NCBI GenBank assembly: GCA_015065805.1
Contig: SVPN01000004.1
Coordinates: forward strand, 17,186-81,185
Length of the DNA stretch: 64,000 nt
Source: Oscillospiraceae bacterium
GTDB lineage: Bacteria > Bacillota > Clostridia > Oscillospirales > Acutalibacteraceae
Direction of reading: 5' to 3'
Position numbers and translations under genes: made by a program. Of this stretch, positions 53,792 through 62,610 are shown piece by piece (position 1 is the stretch's first letter; each line of letters opens with the position of its first letter). A model generated the notes under the pieces. That model was not told the DNA's origin. It worked only from the letters and a program-made list of their open reading frames with translations, and did not search any database.

Positions 53792-53834
53792 ATCCCCGCC
53801 GCTCCTTTCTGATGTCCGTCAATTTCACCCGGAA

Positions 53835-54866
53835 TTATGTTGTCAGTACCATTGCCGCGATCGCCGCAATACCGGCAACAGCGGTAATGCTTGAAAAGAC
53901 CGTCACGATCTTATTTTCACTCCATCCGCACATCTCGAAATGATGATGGATGGGACTCATTTTGAACAAACGCTTGCCGTGCGTCAGCTTGAAATAGCTG
54001 ACCTGCAACATCACCGACAAGGTTTCCACGATATACATAATGCCAAAGGGCAACAGCAAAAACGGCCGTCCGATACCGAATGCCAGCGCGCACAGCACAC
54101 CGCCGATCAGCAACGAACCCGTGTCGCCCATAAACACCTTGGCAGGATGCAGATTCCACATCAGGAATCCGACCAGCGCGCCCGCAAAGGCGATCGCCAC
54201 AAGGCTCTGTCCGAAATGTGCCGTCACCGTTGCCGCAATCATCATACAGCACGATGCCACCACGGTGATCGAACCGCAAAGACCGTCCACGCCGTCGGTG
54301 AGGTTGGTCGCGTTGGAAAAGCCGACGGTGAAGAAGATGCACAGCGGCAGATACCACCAGCCGATGTCCGTCTCCCCCACAAACGGTACGTAAATAACCG
54401 AGCCTTCGCCTAAGAAATACATAATGGCCGCATAACCCGCGCCGACGATCAACTGCAGAATGATCTTCTGCAACGACGTCAGACCGAGGTTGCGCTTTTT
54501 TACCACCTTGATATAATCATCCGCAAAGCCGATCGCACCGCACGCCAGCGCCATCACGATGCCGCTGATCAAGCGAACACGCTCCGTAAACGCCACGCCC
54601 GAAAGCGGCTTGAGCGGCGTTGCCGCTTCACACACAAGAACCGCCGCGATCATCGCGACCAGAAAGCCGACAATAAACATCACACCGCCCATCGTGGGGG
54701 TTCCCTGCTTGTTTTTATGCCACGCAGGGCCGACATCACGGATCGTCTGTCCGAATTTCAGCCGGTGAAGCATCGGCACAAAATACCGACCCGACAGCCA
54801 CGATACCAGAAAAGCCACCGCCGCCGTACCGAGCAAGATCGCCATACGCATCATAGATTCGTTCAT
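53835..54866 (-). CDS. mraY: Phospho-N-acetylmuramoyl-pentapeptide transferase
   Basis: KxGTPTMGG, NATNLTDGVDGL and MGDTGSL motifs. Confidence 0.95.
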   Translation of the reverse strand: MNESMMRMAILLGTAAVAFLVSWLSGRYFVPMLHRLKFGQTIRDVGPAWHKNKQGTPTMGGVMFIVGFLVAMIAAVLVCEAATPLKPLSGVAFTERVRLISGIVMALACGAIGFADDYIKVVKKRNLGLTSLQKIILQLIVGAGYAAIMYFLGEGSVIYVPFVGETDIGWWYLPLCIFFTVGFSNATNLTDGVDGLCGSITVVASCCMMIAATVTAHFGQSLVAIAFAGALVGFLMWNLHPAKVFMGDTGSLLIGGVLCALAFGIGRPFLLLPFGIMYIVETLSVMLQVSYFKLTHGKRLFKMSPIHHHFEMCGWSENKIVTVFSSITAVAGIAAIAAMVLTT

Positions 54867-54884
54867 ACCGCGTTCCCTTTTCCT

Positions 54885-56306
54885 TTACTTCAAAATCTCG
54901 GCGATGACTTCACGCTCATCAAAATGAATGACACCGTCTTTTAAAATCTGATAGGTTTCGTGACCTTTTCCCGCCAGAAGCACCGTATCACCGCTTTTCG
55001 CCGATTGCAACGCAAACGCAATGGCATCACGGCGGTTTTCGATCACCGTATGTTCGCATCCCTCGGGAACGCCGACAAGAATATCCTGCAGGATCGCCTG
55101 CGGATCCTCCGTGCGGGGGTTATCCGAGGTGATCACTAAATAATCGGCATACTGTGCCGCGATCGTCGCCATTCTCGGACGCTTGGTCTTGTCGCGGTCA
55201 CCGCCGCAGCCAAACAGAACGATCAGACGCCCCGTCGCGCAATCCTTCAACGTGCGGCAGATATTTTCCAGTCCGTCGGGCGTGTGCGCGTAGTCGATCA
55301 CCACCGTGTAATCACGGTCGGTCGGCACGACCTCTGCACGGCCCTTGACACCGCAGGTGCCGCAAAGAGCCGCTTTGACCGTTTCAAACGGAATGCCGAG
55401 TGACAGCGCGCACACAGCACTTGCCATCGCGTTGTACACCGAAAAGCGACCGGGGATCGGCAACGACAGCGTGCCGATGCGCACACCGTGCTCCAGCAGA
55501 TCAAACGTCACGCCGTCAGCACGCATCACGATATTGTCCGCACGATACGCCGCATCCTGCGACCGTGTCGCAAAGCCGAAAATATCGCCTTCAAAACCCT
55601 CGGTGATGGCATCCGCCCACGCATCATCCGCATTGACAATGGCACGCGAAGCACGCTTAAACAAACGCTTTTTGGCGTCACAGTAGTTCTCCATAGTCTT
55701 ATGGTAATCCAGATGATCCTGCGTCAGGTTTGTGAACACCGCCGCGTCAAACAGACAGCCTTCCACACGGTCCTGATCAAGAGCGTGCGAACTGACCTCC
55801 ATCACCGCGTAGGTGCACCCCTCTTTGAGCATAATGGAGAGCATACTCTGCAGATCATACGGGTCGGGAGTGGTGTGCCCCGACGGCAGAATGCGATCGC
55901 CGACCATATTCTGGATCGTACCGATCAGTCCCACCTTGTGCCCCGCTTTCTCAAGGATCGCCTTGAGCATATAGGTCATCGTGGTCTTACCGTTCGTGCC
56001 CGTAATGCCGATCAGGTGCAGCTGCGAGGCAGGATTGCCGAACCAGTTTGCGCACAGCTGTGCCCACGCGCGGCGGGTCGAAGGCAATGTCAGTTCACGC
56101 TCAAGTCCCATCGGACGTTGCGTCACCACCAGAGCCGCGCCCGCATCGTGTGCCGCCTGCGCAAAGCGATGACCGTCAACGGCGGTACCCTCGATACACA
56201 CAAAGACATAGCCCGGTTCCACACGTCTGGAATCACAGGTAAGTCCCGAAACAACCGCATCATTATCCGACGCGACGATGCCGTCAAGCAATTGCTGAAC
56301 CGTCAT
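54885..56306 (-). CDS. murE: UDP-N-acetylmuramoyl-L-alanyl-D-glutamate--2,6-diaminopimelate ligase
   Basis: GITGTNGKTT P-loop, plus a DNPR motif (ITSDNPRTEDP) indicating meso-DAP specificity. Confidence 0.95.
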   Translation of the reverse strand: MTVQQLLDGIVASDNDAVVSGLTCDSRRVEPGYVFVCIEGTAVDGHRFAQAAHDAGAALVVTQRPMGLERELTLPSTRRAWAQLCANWFGNPASQLHLIGITGTNGKTTMTYMLKAILEKAGHKVGLIGTIQNMVGDRILPSGHTTPDPYDLQSMLSIMLKEGCTYAVMEVSSHALDQDRVEGCLFDAAVFTNLTQDHLDYHKTMENYCDAKKRLFKRASRAIVNADDAWADAITEGFEGDIFGFATRSQDAAYRADNIVMRADGVTFDLLEHGVRIGTLSLPIPGRFSVYNAMASAVCALSLGIPFETVKAALCGTCGVKGRAEVVPTDRDYTVVIDYAHTPDGLENICRTLKDCATGRLIVLFGCGGDRDKTKRPRMATIAAQYADYLVITSDNPRTEDPQAILQDILVGVPEGCEHTVIENRRDAIAFALQSAKSGDTVLLAGKGHETYQILKDGVIHFDEREVIAEILK

Positions 56307-56327
56307 GGCAGTTTCTCCTCTTTCTTC

Positions 56328-58601
56328 TTATTCTATCGTATCCTGGTAAATAAATTCAACCGTAATGATCGTACCGAGCGGAACCTCTGTCCCGGGTGCG
56401 ATGCTTTGCAGGGATGCCAGTGCACCGCCGTCCTCAAGATCCGTACCGCTGAGATACAGATTCAGTCCGCAGCTCTCCGCCAGCTCCGACGCACCCGACA
56501 CCGAATACCCCGTGAAATCGGGAACGGTGGTCATTTCGGATTCATAGCTGAGCTGATCGGTATACAGCACCACCGTGCCGTCCGCAGGGATCGACTGTCC
56601 GGCTTCGGGGACCTGCTTGACGACCGTTGCGCCGTCACCCTTCACGCGAACCGTCAGTCCTTCGCTTTGAACCATTGCTTCCGCCGTAGCGATATCCAGT
56701 CCCTCCACAGCGGGTGTGCTGCGGTTGAGATCGGCAAGCTCACTTTGCGTGTAGTGCGGTTCAATGCCGAGATACGGCAGGGTATCCTGCAGGATCTTTT
56801 TGGCAACCGGTGCCGCGATCGTGCCGCCGTAGCGAACCGCACACTGCGGCTCATCGATCAGGACAAGCACCGCGATCTGCGGATTGTCGGCAGGCGCAAA
56901 GCCGCCGAACGACGCGACAACATTGGTGCCGCCCGTTTCGGTCTTTTCGGACGTACCGGTTTTACCCGCCACGCGATAGCCGGGAACGTAGGCGTTTTTA
57001 CCGCCGCCCGATTCCACCGCCACGCGGAGAAGCTCCGACACGCGCGAAGCGGTATCGGACGAGATCACCTGACGCTTGATGGTCGTCGAGGTGTTGGAAA
57101 CCACGTTTCCGTCCGCATCCAGTACCTGCTTCACCACGTACGGCTGTAACAGCTTGCCGCCGTTGGCGATGGAGGAGATCGCTGTGATCATCTGGATCGG
57201 GGTCAGCTTAAAGGTCTGACCCATCGACGAAACCGCTAACTGAACGGGATCCAGATCGTCCTCGGAGTGATACAGGCTCTGCGAGATCGAGCCCTCACCA
57301 AGCATATCAATAGCGGTCATTTCGGTAAACCCGAAGCCCGTGTAGTATTTATAAAACAGATTGCGTCCGACCGACAGACCGATCTGGATGAACGCCGGGT
57401 TGCAGGAATTGCAGATGGCATCCCCAAGTGACTGCGTGGAGTGTGCATTCGGGTACACGTGACAGTGAACCGTTGTATCCAGCACCGTTTCCGCACCACC
57501 GCAGTAATACGAGCTGTTTTCCGTGGCAACGCCTTCCTCCAGTGCCATAGCGGTGGTAAACATTTTGAACACGGAACCGGGCTCGTAATACTCGGAAATG
57601 GCTTTGTTCTTCCACTGCTTTTCCAGTGCCGCCACGATTGCCGCCGATTTCTCGTCGCCCGCAAGCTCCGCGATCGCCGCCGCGTCGGTTTTGTTCATCA
57701 CGGTCATCGGATCGTTGGGGTCATAGTCATCCTTGGTTGCCATCGCTAAAATCGCGCCGGTGTTGACATCCATCACGATCGCGCAGGCGCGGTTGGTCGC
57801 GCCCGTGTTCAAAAGCGCTTCCTCCAGATACTTTTCGCAGTAGTGCTGGATCGTCTGATCGATAGACAGCACAAGACTGTTGCCGTCCTCGGCATCGATC
57901 GTTTTTTCATAGGACAACAGATTGGGCAGGTTTTCGCCCCAGCCGTTCTGCGCGGTCACGATGCGGCCGGCTTTTCCTTCCAGCAGCTCGTTGTATTCCG
58001 CCTCCAGTCCTTCAAGGCCCGTATTATCCGCACCCGTGAACCCAAGAAAGCTGGATGCCAGCGTGCCGTAAGGGTACACGCGCTTATAGTCGGTGATCAG
58101 GCGGAACACGCCGCCCATCTCATTTTTTTGCACCCATTCGTTGAGCTTTTCGGCAAGCGGCCGTTCGATCTTGCTTTTGATCACCTCATACTGCGAATCG
58201 GTGCGGGAAGCTTTCTTATACAGTGTTTCTCGGTCAACCTCCAATAATACCGAAAGGTCGTCGGCGATTTTTTGACGCTCTTCCTCCTTCTCGATCTGAT
58301 CGGGGTCCATAATCACCGTCCACACCTGCATACTCTCCGCAAGCGTTTCCATATTGGTGTCATAAATCGCGCCGCGATTCGGCGAAATGATGCTGTCGGA
58401 CAGCTGCTGCTCCGTTGCGCGGCGTTGCCAGTCATCGGTCTGCACGATCTGCAGCATCACAAGCTGCGCAACGATCAGTCCGAATGCCAGCACAGTCAAC
58501 AGCACCAGCATCACCACCGCACGGCGCCACATCTGCTGGGTCGGGCGTTTACCTGCCGCTTTTTCGCGGGACTGCGCAGGTTCGTTTTTCGGCTCTCGCA
58601 T
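56328..58601 (-). CDS. Class B penicillin-binding protein (FtsI/SpoVD type) with C-terminal PASTA domains
   Basis: ORF trimmed to the ATG after GGAAAGGAG. It has a TM anchor, a dimerisation domain, a transpeptidase domain with STFK-type SxxK (GSVFK), SxN and KTGT(S), and two PASTA-like repeats at the C-terminus. Confidence 0.9.
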   Translation of the reverse strand: MREPKNEPAQSREKAAGKRPTQQMWRRAVVMLVLLTVLAFGLIVAQLVMLQIVQTDDWQRRATEQQLSDSIISPNRGAIYDTNMETLAESMQVWTVIMDPDQIEKEEERQKIADDLSVLLEVDRETLYKKASRTDSQYEVIKSKIERPLAEKLNEWVQKNEMGGVFRLITDYKRVYPYGTLASSFLGFTGADNTGLEGLEAEYNELLEGKAGRIVTAQNGWGENLPNLLSYEKTIDAEDGNSLVLSIDQTIQHYCEKYLEEALLNTGATNRACAIVMDVNTGAILAMATKDDYDPNDPMTVMNKTDAAAIAELAGDEKSAAIVAALEKQWKNKAISEYYEPGSVFKMFTTAMALEEGVATENSSYYCGGAETVLDTTVHCHVYPNAHSTQSLGDAICNSCNPAFIQIGLSVGRNLFYKYYTGFGFTEMTAIDMLGEGSISQSLYHSEDDLDPVQLAVSSMGQTFKLTPIQMITAISSIANGGKLLQPYVVKQVLDADGNVVSNTSTTIKRQVISSDTASRVSELLRVAVESGGGKNAYVPGYRVAGKTGTSEKTETGGTNVVASFGGFAPADNPQIAVLVLIDEPQCAVRYGGTIAAPVAKKILQDTLPYLGIEPHYTQSELADLNRSTPAVEGLDIATAEAMVQSEGLTVRVKGDGATVVKQVPEAGQSIPADGTVVLYTDQLSYESEMTTVPDFTGYSVSGASELAESCGLNLYLSGTDLEDGGALASLQSIAPGTEVPLGTIITVEFIYQDTIE

Positions 58602-58798
58602 CACTGTTGACTCCTTTCCTTGTAGGATCTTTACAAACAAGAATTACGGTACAGTCTTTAGACTGAAATAACAAACGAGAGTTAAGACACAGTGTTCTCA
58701 ACTCCCGAAATGCGTGCGAACATCGGGCATGCGAGCCTCTATACATTCGTATGCCGAAATTCAGCGGGTATTCACGTTCCGTACAGGTTTGACACGCA

Positions 58799-59275
58799 TC
58801 AGGCGTCGAACCAACCGGCAATCAGCGCGCCGATCGTTTCGAAAATGCCGTCGGGCGCGGGATCGGACACTTCGATCTTGTCGCCGCCGTCCACCGTTAT
58901 GTACTCGATCTGATGCGATTCGATTTTTTCCATGCCATGCTCGTCCGCATACGCGTCAACACTTTCCGCAGAGGTCTTTGCCGACAGCTCATTGGTCAGA
59001 CGGCTTGTCTCACTGCGGAGAATGGCAAGCTCCTCGCGGCTGGCGGAGATCTGATCGTTCAATTCTGTCAGCTGTACGCGGCTGACGATCATCAGCGCAA
59101 ACACAGCGACAAGCAGGACGGAAATGATAATATTGGAAGCCAGACGTCCGTTGCGGGCGCGGCGCTCTTTCTTTTCTTGCATCTCGGCGGTCTTCTCAGG
59201 AGAATTGACCGCGCGAAGCCGGGGCTGAGTCTCAAACAAGGAGAGATCGTACGCTTCCGAGGATCCTCTTGCCAT
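58799..59275 (-). CDS. ftsL: Cell division protein FtsL-like (septum formation initiator)
   Basis: Single TM segment followed by a coiled coil (LTELNDQISASREELAILRSETSRLTNEL). It lies between rsmH and the PBP gene. Confidence 0.75.
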   Translation of the reverse strand: MARGSSEAYDLSLFETQPRLRAVNSPEKTAEMQEKKERRARNGRLASNIIISVLLVAVFALMIVSRVQLTELNDQISASREELAILRSETSRLTNELSAKTSAESVDAYADEHGMEKIESHQIEYITVDGGDKIEVSDPAPDGIFETIGALIAGWFDA

Positions 59276-59299
59276 GGCTATCCTTCCTTTCTGTAACGT

Positions 59300-60250
59300 T
59301 TACACGTATCGTTCATGCAGTTTCCGAACACAGCGCAAGGTGGCACTGCGACTGCGGGGGTTATCGAGAAGTTCTTGTTCACACGCGCGCACGGGCTTGC
59401 GCGTAATAAGTTCGGCGGCGGGAGTACGCTGACACGTACACACCGGCGCCTGCGGCGGACAAATGCATCCTTGCCGCCATTCGGCGAAGCGTTGCTTGAC
59501 CATCCGATCCTCCAGCGAGTGGAAGGTGATGATTGCCAACCGTCCGCCGACATCCAGCAGATCAAACGCCGTATCAAGTGCCCTTGACAGACAGCCCAGC
59601 TCGTCGTTGACCGCAATGCGGAGTGCTTGAAATACGCGGCGCGCGGGATGCTTTTCGCGTCGTGCCGCCGCAGGAACAGCCGCCTTGATCAGTTCGGCAA
59701 GCTGAAGAGTCGTCTGAATCGGTGCGGATTCGCGCTCGCGCACGATCGCCGCCGCGATCCGTCGTGAGAATTTTTCCTCCCCGTAACGGAAGAAGATCTC
59801 GGCGAGTTGTTCCTCGCTCATCGTATTGCAAAGATCGGCGGCTGTTGTCCCCTCTTGACTCATACGCATATCCAGCGGCGCATCCTCGTGGAACGAGAAG
59901 CCGCGCGCGCCGTCGTCGAGCTGATGAGACGAAACGCCGATATCCATCAAAATGCCGTTTACCTTGTGAACGCCGCGCGCATTCAGCACCGTGTCCATCT
60001 GTGCAAAGTTGGTGCGGATCACCGTCGCAGGAAGTCCTTCAAGACGCTTGCCTGCCGCGATAATCGCATCGGGATCCTGATCCAGTGCATACAGATGACC
60101 GCCGTCAAGCAAGGACGCGATCGCAAACGAATGACCGCCTCCGCCCGCCGTGCCGTCCACATAAATGCCGTTCGGCTGTACATCAAGTGCCTCTAAAACA
60201 GGCTCCAGAAGCACCGGTAAATGGTACCCGCTTCCCGGTACTTTTGCCAC
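59300..60250 (-). CDS. rsmH: 16S rRNA (cytosine1402-N4)-methyltransferase
   Basis: HLPVLL, GIYVDGTAGGGGHS and DLGVSS-type (DIGVSSHQLD) motifs. Confidence 0.95.
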   Translation of the reverse strand: MAKVPGSGYHLPVLLEPVLEALDVQPNGIYVDGTAGGGGHSFAIASLLDGGHLYALDQDPDAIIAAGKRLEGLPATVIRTNFAQMDTVLNARGVHKVNGILMDIGVSSHQLDDGARGFSFHEDAPLDMRMSQEGTTAADLCNTMSEEQLAEIFFRYGEEKFSRRIAAAIVRERESAPIQTTLQLAELIKAAVPAAARREKHPARRVFQALRIAVNDELGCLSRALDTAFDLLDVGGRLAIITFHSLEDRMVKQRFAEWRQGCICPPQAPVCTCQRTPAAELITRKPVRACEQELLDNPRSRSATLRCVRKLHERYV

Positions 60251-60415
60251 AGCCGTTCACCGCCTTTGCGTTGTTATAATTATAGCACAAATCGTTACAA
60301 AGCACAAGCACTTTTGCAAACAAATTGTAACTTTTTGTAACCGTTTTCCGTAGATTTTGTGAAACTTTTCGGCTTAAAAATTATGCAAAATAGCCAAATT
60401 TTAAGATGGTAAATA

Positions 60416-60835
60416 TTACAAACCGAGAGCGGCAAAATCTTCCATCACCGATGCATCGGTCATCGAACCGACCATCTCGTCATACAGCGCGGGATTCCAG
60501 ATCTCCGCACGGCCTGCACCCGCACCGATCACCAGCGCTTCCTTTGTGAGCTGTGCGTATTCCAGCAGGTGCTTAGGGATCAGGATGCGCCCCTGCGCAT
60601 CCACCGTCACATCCGCCGCGTTGGAGGACAAATAACGCAGAAGAGGACGCGATTTCGTCATCGGCAGCTCTTCTAACTTCTCAAGCATCGCGTTCCAGCC
60701 GTCGAGGGTGTACAAGCTGACGCAAGGCTCCATCACCGCGGCAACGACAAACGTATCACCGAGAACTTCGCGCATTTTGGCAGGCACGATCATACGCCCT
60801 TTGGTGTCGATATTGTGGGAATACCGTCCGCGCAT
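60416..60835 (-). CDS. mraZ: Transcriptional regulator MraZ
   Basis: ORF trimmed to the ATG after GGAGGTG. It has two DxxxR-type SpoVT/AbrB-like repeats (NIDTKGRMIVP, VDAQGRILIP). Length is 139 aa. Confidence 0.95.
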   Translation of the reverse strand: MRGRYSHNIDTKGRMIVPAKMREVLGDTFVVAAVMEPCVSLYTLDGWNAMLEKLEELPMTKSRPLLRYLSSNAADVTVDAQGRILIPKHLLEYAQLTKEALVIGAGAGRAEIWNPALYDEMVGSMTDASVMEDFAALGL

Positions 60836-60885
60836 CCTTGTACACCTCCTTCTTTTACGGTAATCGGTTAAAAAAGCAGGGCTTT

Positions 60886-60938
60886 TTGTGGAAAAGTCGG
60901 TGGAAAACGTGGAAAACTCACCACTTTCCACCACAATC
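60886..60938 (-). promoter_or_regulatory. Cluster of GTGG/TTTTCCAC repeats in the mraZ leader, candidate MraZ operator
   Basis: On the + strand, GTGGAAAA occurs three times (starting at 60888, 60900 and 60909), followed by CCACTTTCCACCAC. The cluster lies between the candidate promoter and the mraZ RBS. Confidence 0.45.
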
Positions 60939-60964
60939 ACGGCAAAACCCGCCACTTTTTCTTC

Positions 60965-60993
60965 ATTATACTGTACTATTCAGGAAATTGCAA
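60965..60993 (-). promoter_or_regulatory. Candidate dcw (mraZ) promoter TTGCAA-17-TATAAT
   Basis: Read on the minus strand: -35 at 60988-60993, -10 at 60965-60970, 17-nt spacer. Confidence 0.6.
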
Positions 60994-61037
60994 GGGGATT
61001 TCGAGAAAAAGTTAAAAAAATTTAACCTTTTTCGGGC

Positions 61038-61076
61038 ACAAAAATACCCCGCAGTCCGTCACGCAGACTGCGGGGT
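61038..61076 (-). terminator. Intrinsic terminator of glyQS
   Basis: ACCCCGCAGTC...GACTGCGGGGT hairpin followed on the minus strand by ATTTTTG. Confidence 0.8.
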
Positions 61077-61088
61077 GAATTTCGATGA

Positions 61089-62462
61089 TTAAAATGCCAT
61101 TTTTTGAGCGATGTAGTCGGCAAGTGCTTCGATCTTGACGCGCTCCTGCTCCATCGTGTCGCGGTCACGCACGGTCACGCAACCGTCCTCTTCGGACTCA
61201 AAATCATAGGTAATGCAAAGCGGCGTACCGATCTCGTCCTGGCGGCGATAACGCTTGCCGATAGAGCCGGCATCGTCATAGTCCACCATAAAGAGCGGCG
61301 ACAGGCGGTCGCGAACCGCCTTTGCCTGCTCGGAGAGCTTCTTGGACAGCGGAAGAACCGCCGCCTTGAAGGGCGCCAGTGCCGGATGCAGACGAAGCAC
61401 CACGCGGGTATCCTTCTCGTCGAGCTTCTCCTCGTCATATGCCTCGCACAGGAACGCCAGAAGCACACGGTCGGCACCGAGCGACGGCTCGATGACATAC
61501 GGGATGTAGTGCTCGTTGGTCTCGGGATCGAAATACTCAAGCTTCTGACCCGAATGGTTGCTGTGCTGGGTCAGGTCAAAGTCGGTGCGATCCGCAATGC
61601 CCCACAGCTCGCCCCAGCCGAACGGGAACATAAACTCAAAGTCAGTGGTGGCATTGGAATAGTGCGACAGCTCCTTGGGATCGTGATCGCGGAGCTTGAG
61701 GTTTTCATCCTTCATACCGAGAGACAACAGCCACTTATGGCAGAAATCCTTCCAGAATGCAAACCACTCCAGATCGGTGCCGGGCTTGCAGAAGAACTCC
61801 AACTCCATCTGCTCAAACTCACGGGTACGGAAAATGAAGTTACCCGGCGTGATCTCGTTGCGGAAGCTCTTGCCGATCTGCGCCACGCCGAAGGGGAGCT
61901 TGCGGCGGGTGGTGCGCTGGACATTGGAGAAGTTGACAAAGATTCCCTGTGCCGTTTCGGGACGGAGATACATTTCGCTCTTGGCATCCTCCGTCACGCC
62001 CTGGAAGGTCTTGAACATCAGGTTGAAGGTGCGGATATCGGTGAAGTTGTGCTCACCGCACTCGGGGCAGACGATATTATGCTCATCAATGTACGCCTTC
62101 ATCTCATCAAAGCTCCAGCCGCCGGGATTCTCACCGCGCTCTTCGATGAGCTTATCCGCGCGATGACGGGTCTTGCAGCTCTTGCAGTCCATCAGCGGGT
62201 CGGAGAAGTTGCCCACGTGCCCCGATGCCACCCACACCTGCGGGTTCATCAGGATCGCACTGTCAAGACCGACGTTGTAGGGACTCTCCTGCACGAACTT
62301 CTTCCACCAGGCTCTCTTGATGTTGTTTTTCAGCTCCACGCCGAGAGGGCCGTAGTCCCAGGAGTTTGCAAGACCGCCGTAGATGTCCGAGCCCGGATAC
62401 ACATAGCCGCGGCTTTTGCACAGGGCAACGATGGTTTCCATTGATTTTTCACAGTTGTTCAT
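61089..62462 (-). CDS. glyQS: Glycine--tRNA ligase (homodimeric class II, GlyQS type)
   Basis: Start set at the ATG 9 nt after GGAG. It has the [32 protein letters not shown]-terminus, class II motifs and a C-terminal anticodon-binding domain. Confidence 0.95.
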   Translation of the reverse strand: MNNCEKSMETIVALCKSRGYVYPGSDIYGGLANSWDYGPLGVELKNNIKRAWWKKFVQESPYNVGLDSAILMNPQVWVASGHVGNFSDPLMDCKSCKTRHRADKLIEERGENPGGWSFDEMKAYIDEHNIVCPECGEHNFTDIRTFNLMFKTFQGVTEDAKSEMYLRPETAQGIFVNFSNVQRTTRRKLPFGVAQIGKSFRNEITPGNFIFRTREFEQMELEFFCKPGTDLEWFAFWKDFCHKWLLSLGMKDENLKLRDHDPKELSHYSNATTDFEFMFPFGWGELWGIADRTDFDLTQHSNHSGQKLEYFDPETNEHYIPYVIEPSLGADRVLLAFLCEAYDEEKLDEKDTRVVLRLHPALAPFKAAVLPLSKKLSEQAKAVRDRLSPLFMVDYDDAGSIGKRYRRQDEIGTPLCITYDFESEEDGCVTVRDRDTMEQERVKIEALADYIAQKMAF

Positions 62463-62513
62463 ATTGATTGACTCCTTTCGCATGGCTGGCTGCCATGAGA
62501 TGTATTCTCATCT

Positions 62514-62541
62514 ATTATACACATATTAAAAGAAAAATCAA
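62514..62541 (-). promoter_or_regulatory. Candidate glyQS promoter TTGATT-16-TATAAT
   Basis: Read on the minus strand: -35 at 62536-62541, -10 at 62514-62519, with TGTG upstream of the -10. It leaves a leader of only about 50 nt. Confidence 0.5.
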
Positions 62542-62557
62542 GAGGTGAAATGCACAC

Positions 62558-62604
62558 AAATCGCCTTCGGCCTGCGCAAGCAACGCAAACCGAAGGCGAT
62601 GTCT
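62558..62604 (-). terminator. Terminator hairpin after the dockerin-protein gene
   Basis: ATCGCCTTCGG...CCGAAGGCGAT 11-bp stem with an inner TGCG/CGCA stem. The downstream T-tract is only moderate (TTTGTGTG). Confidence 0.5.
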
Positions 62605-62610
62605 GTTTCG

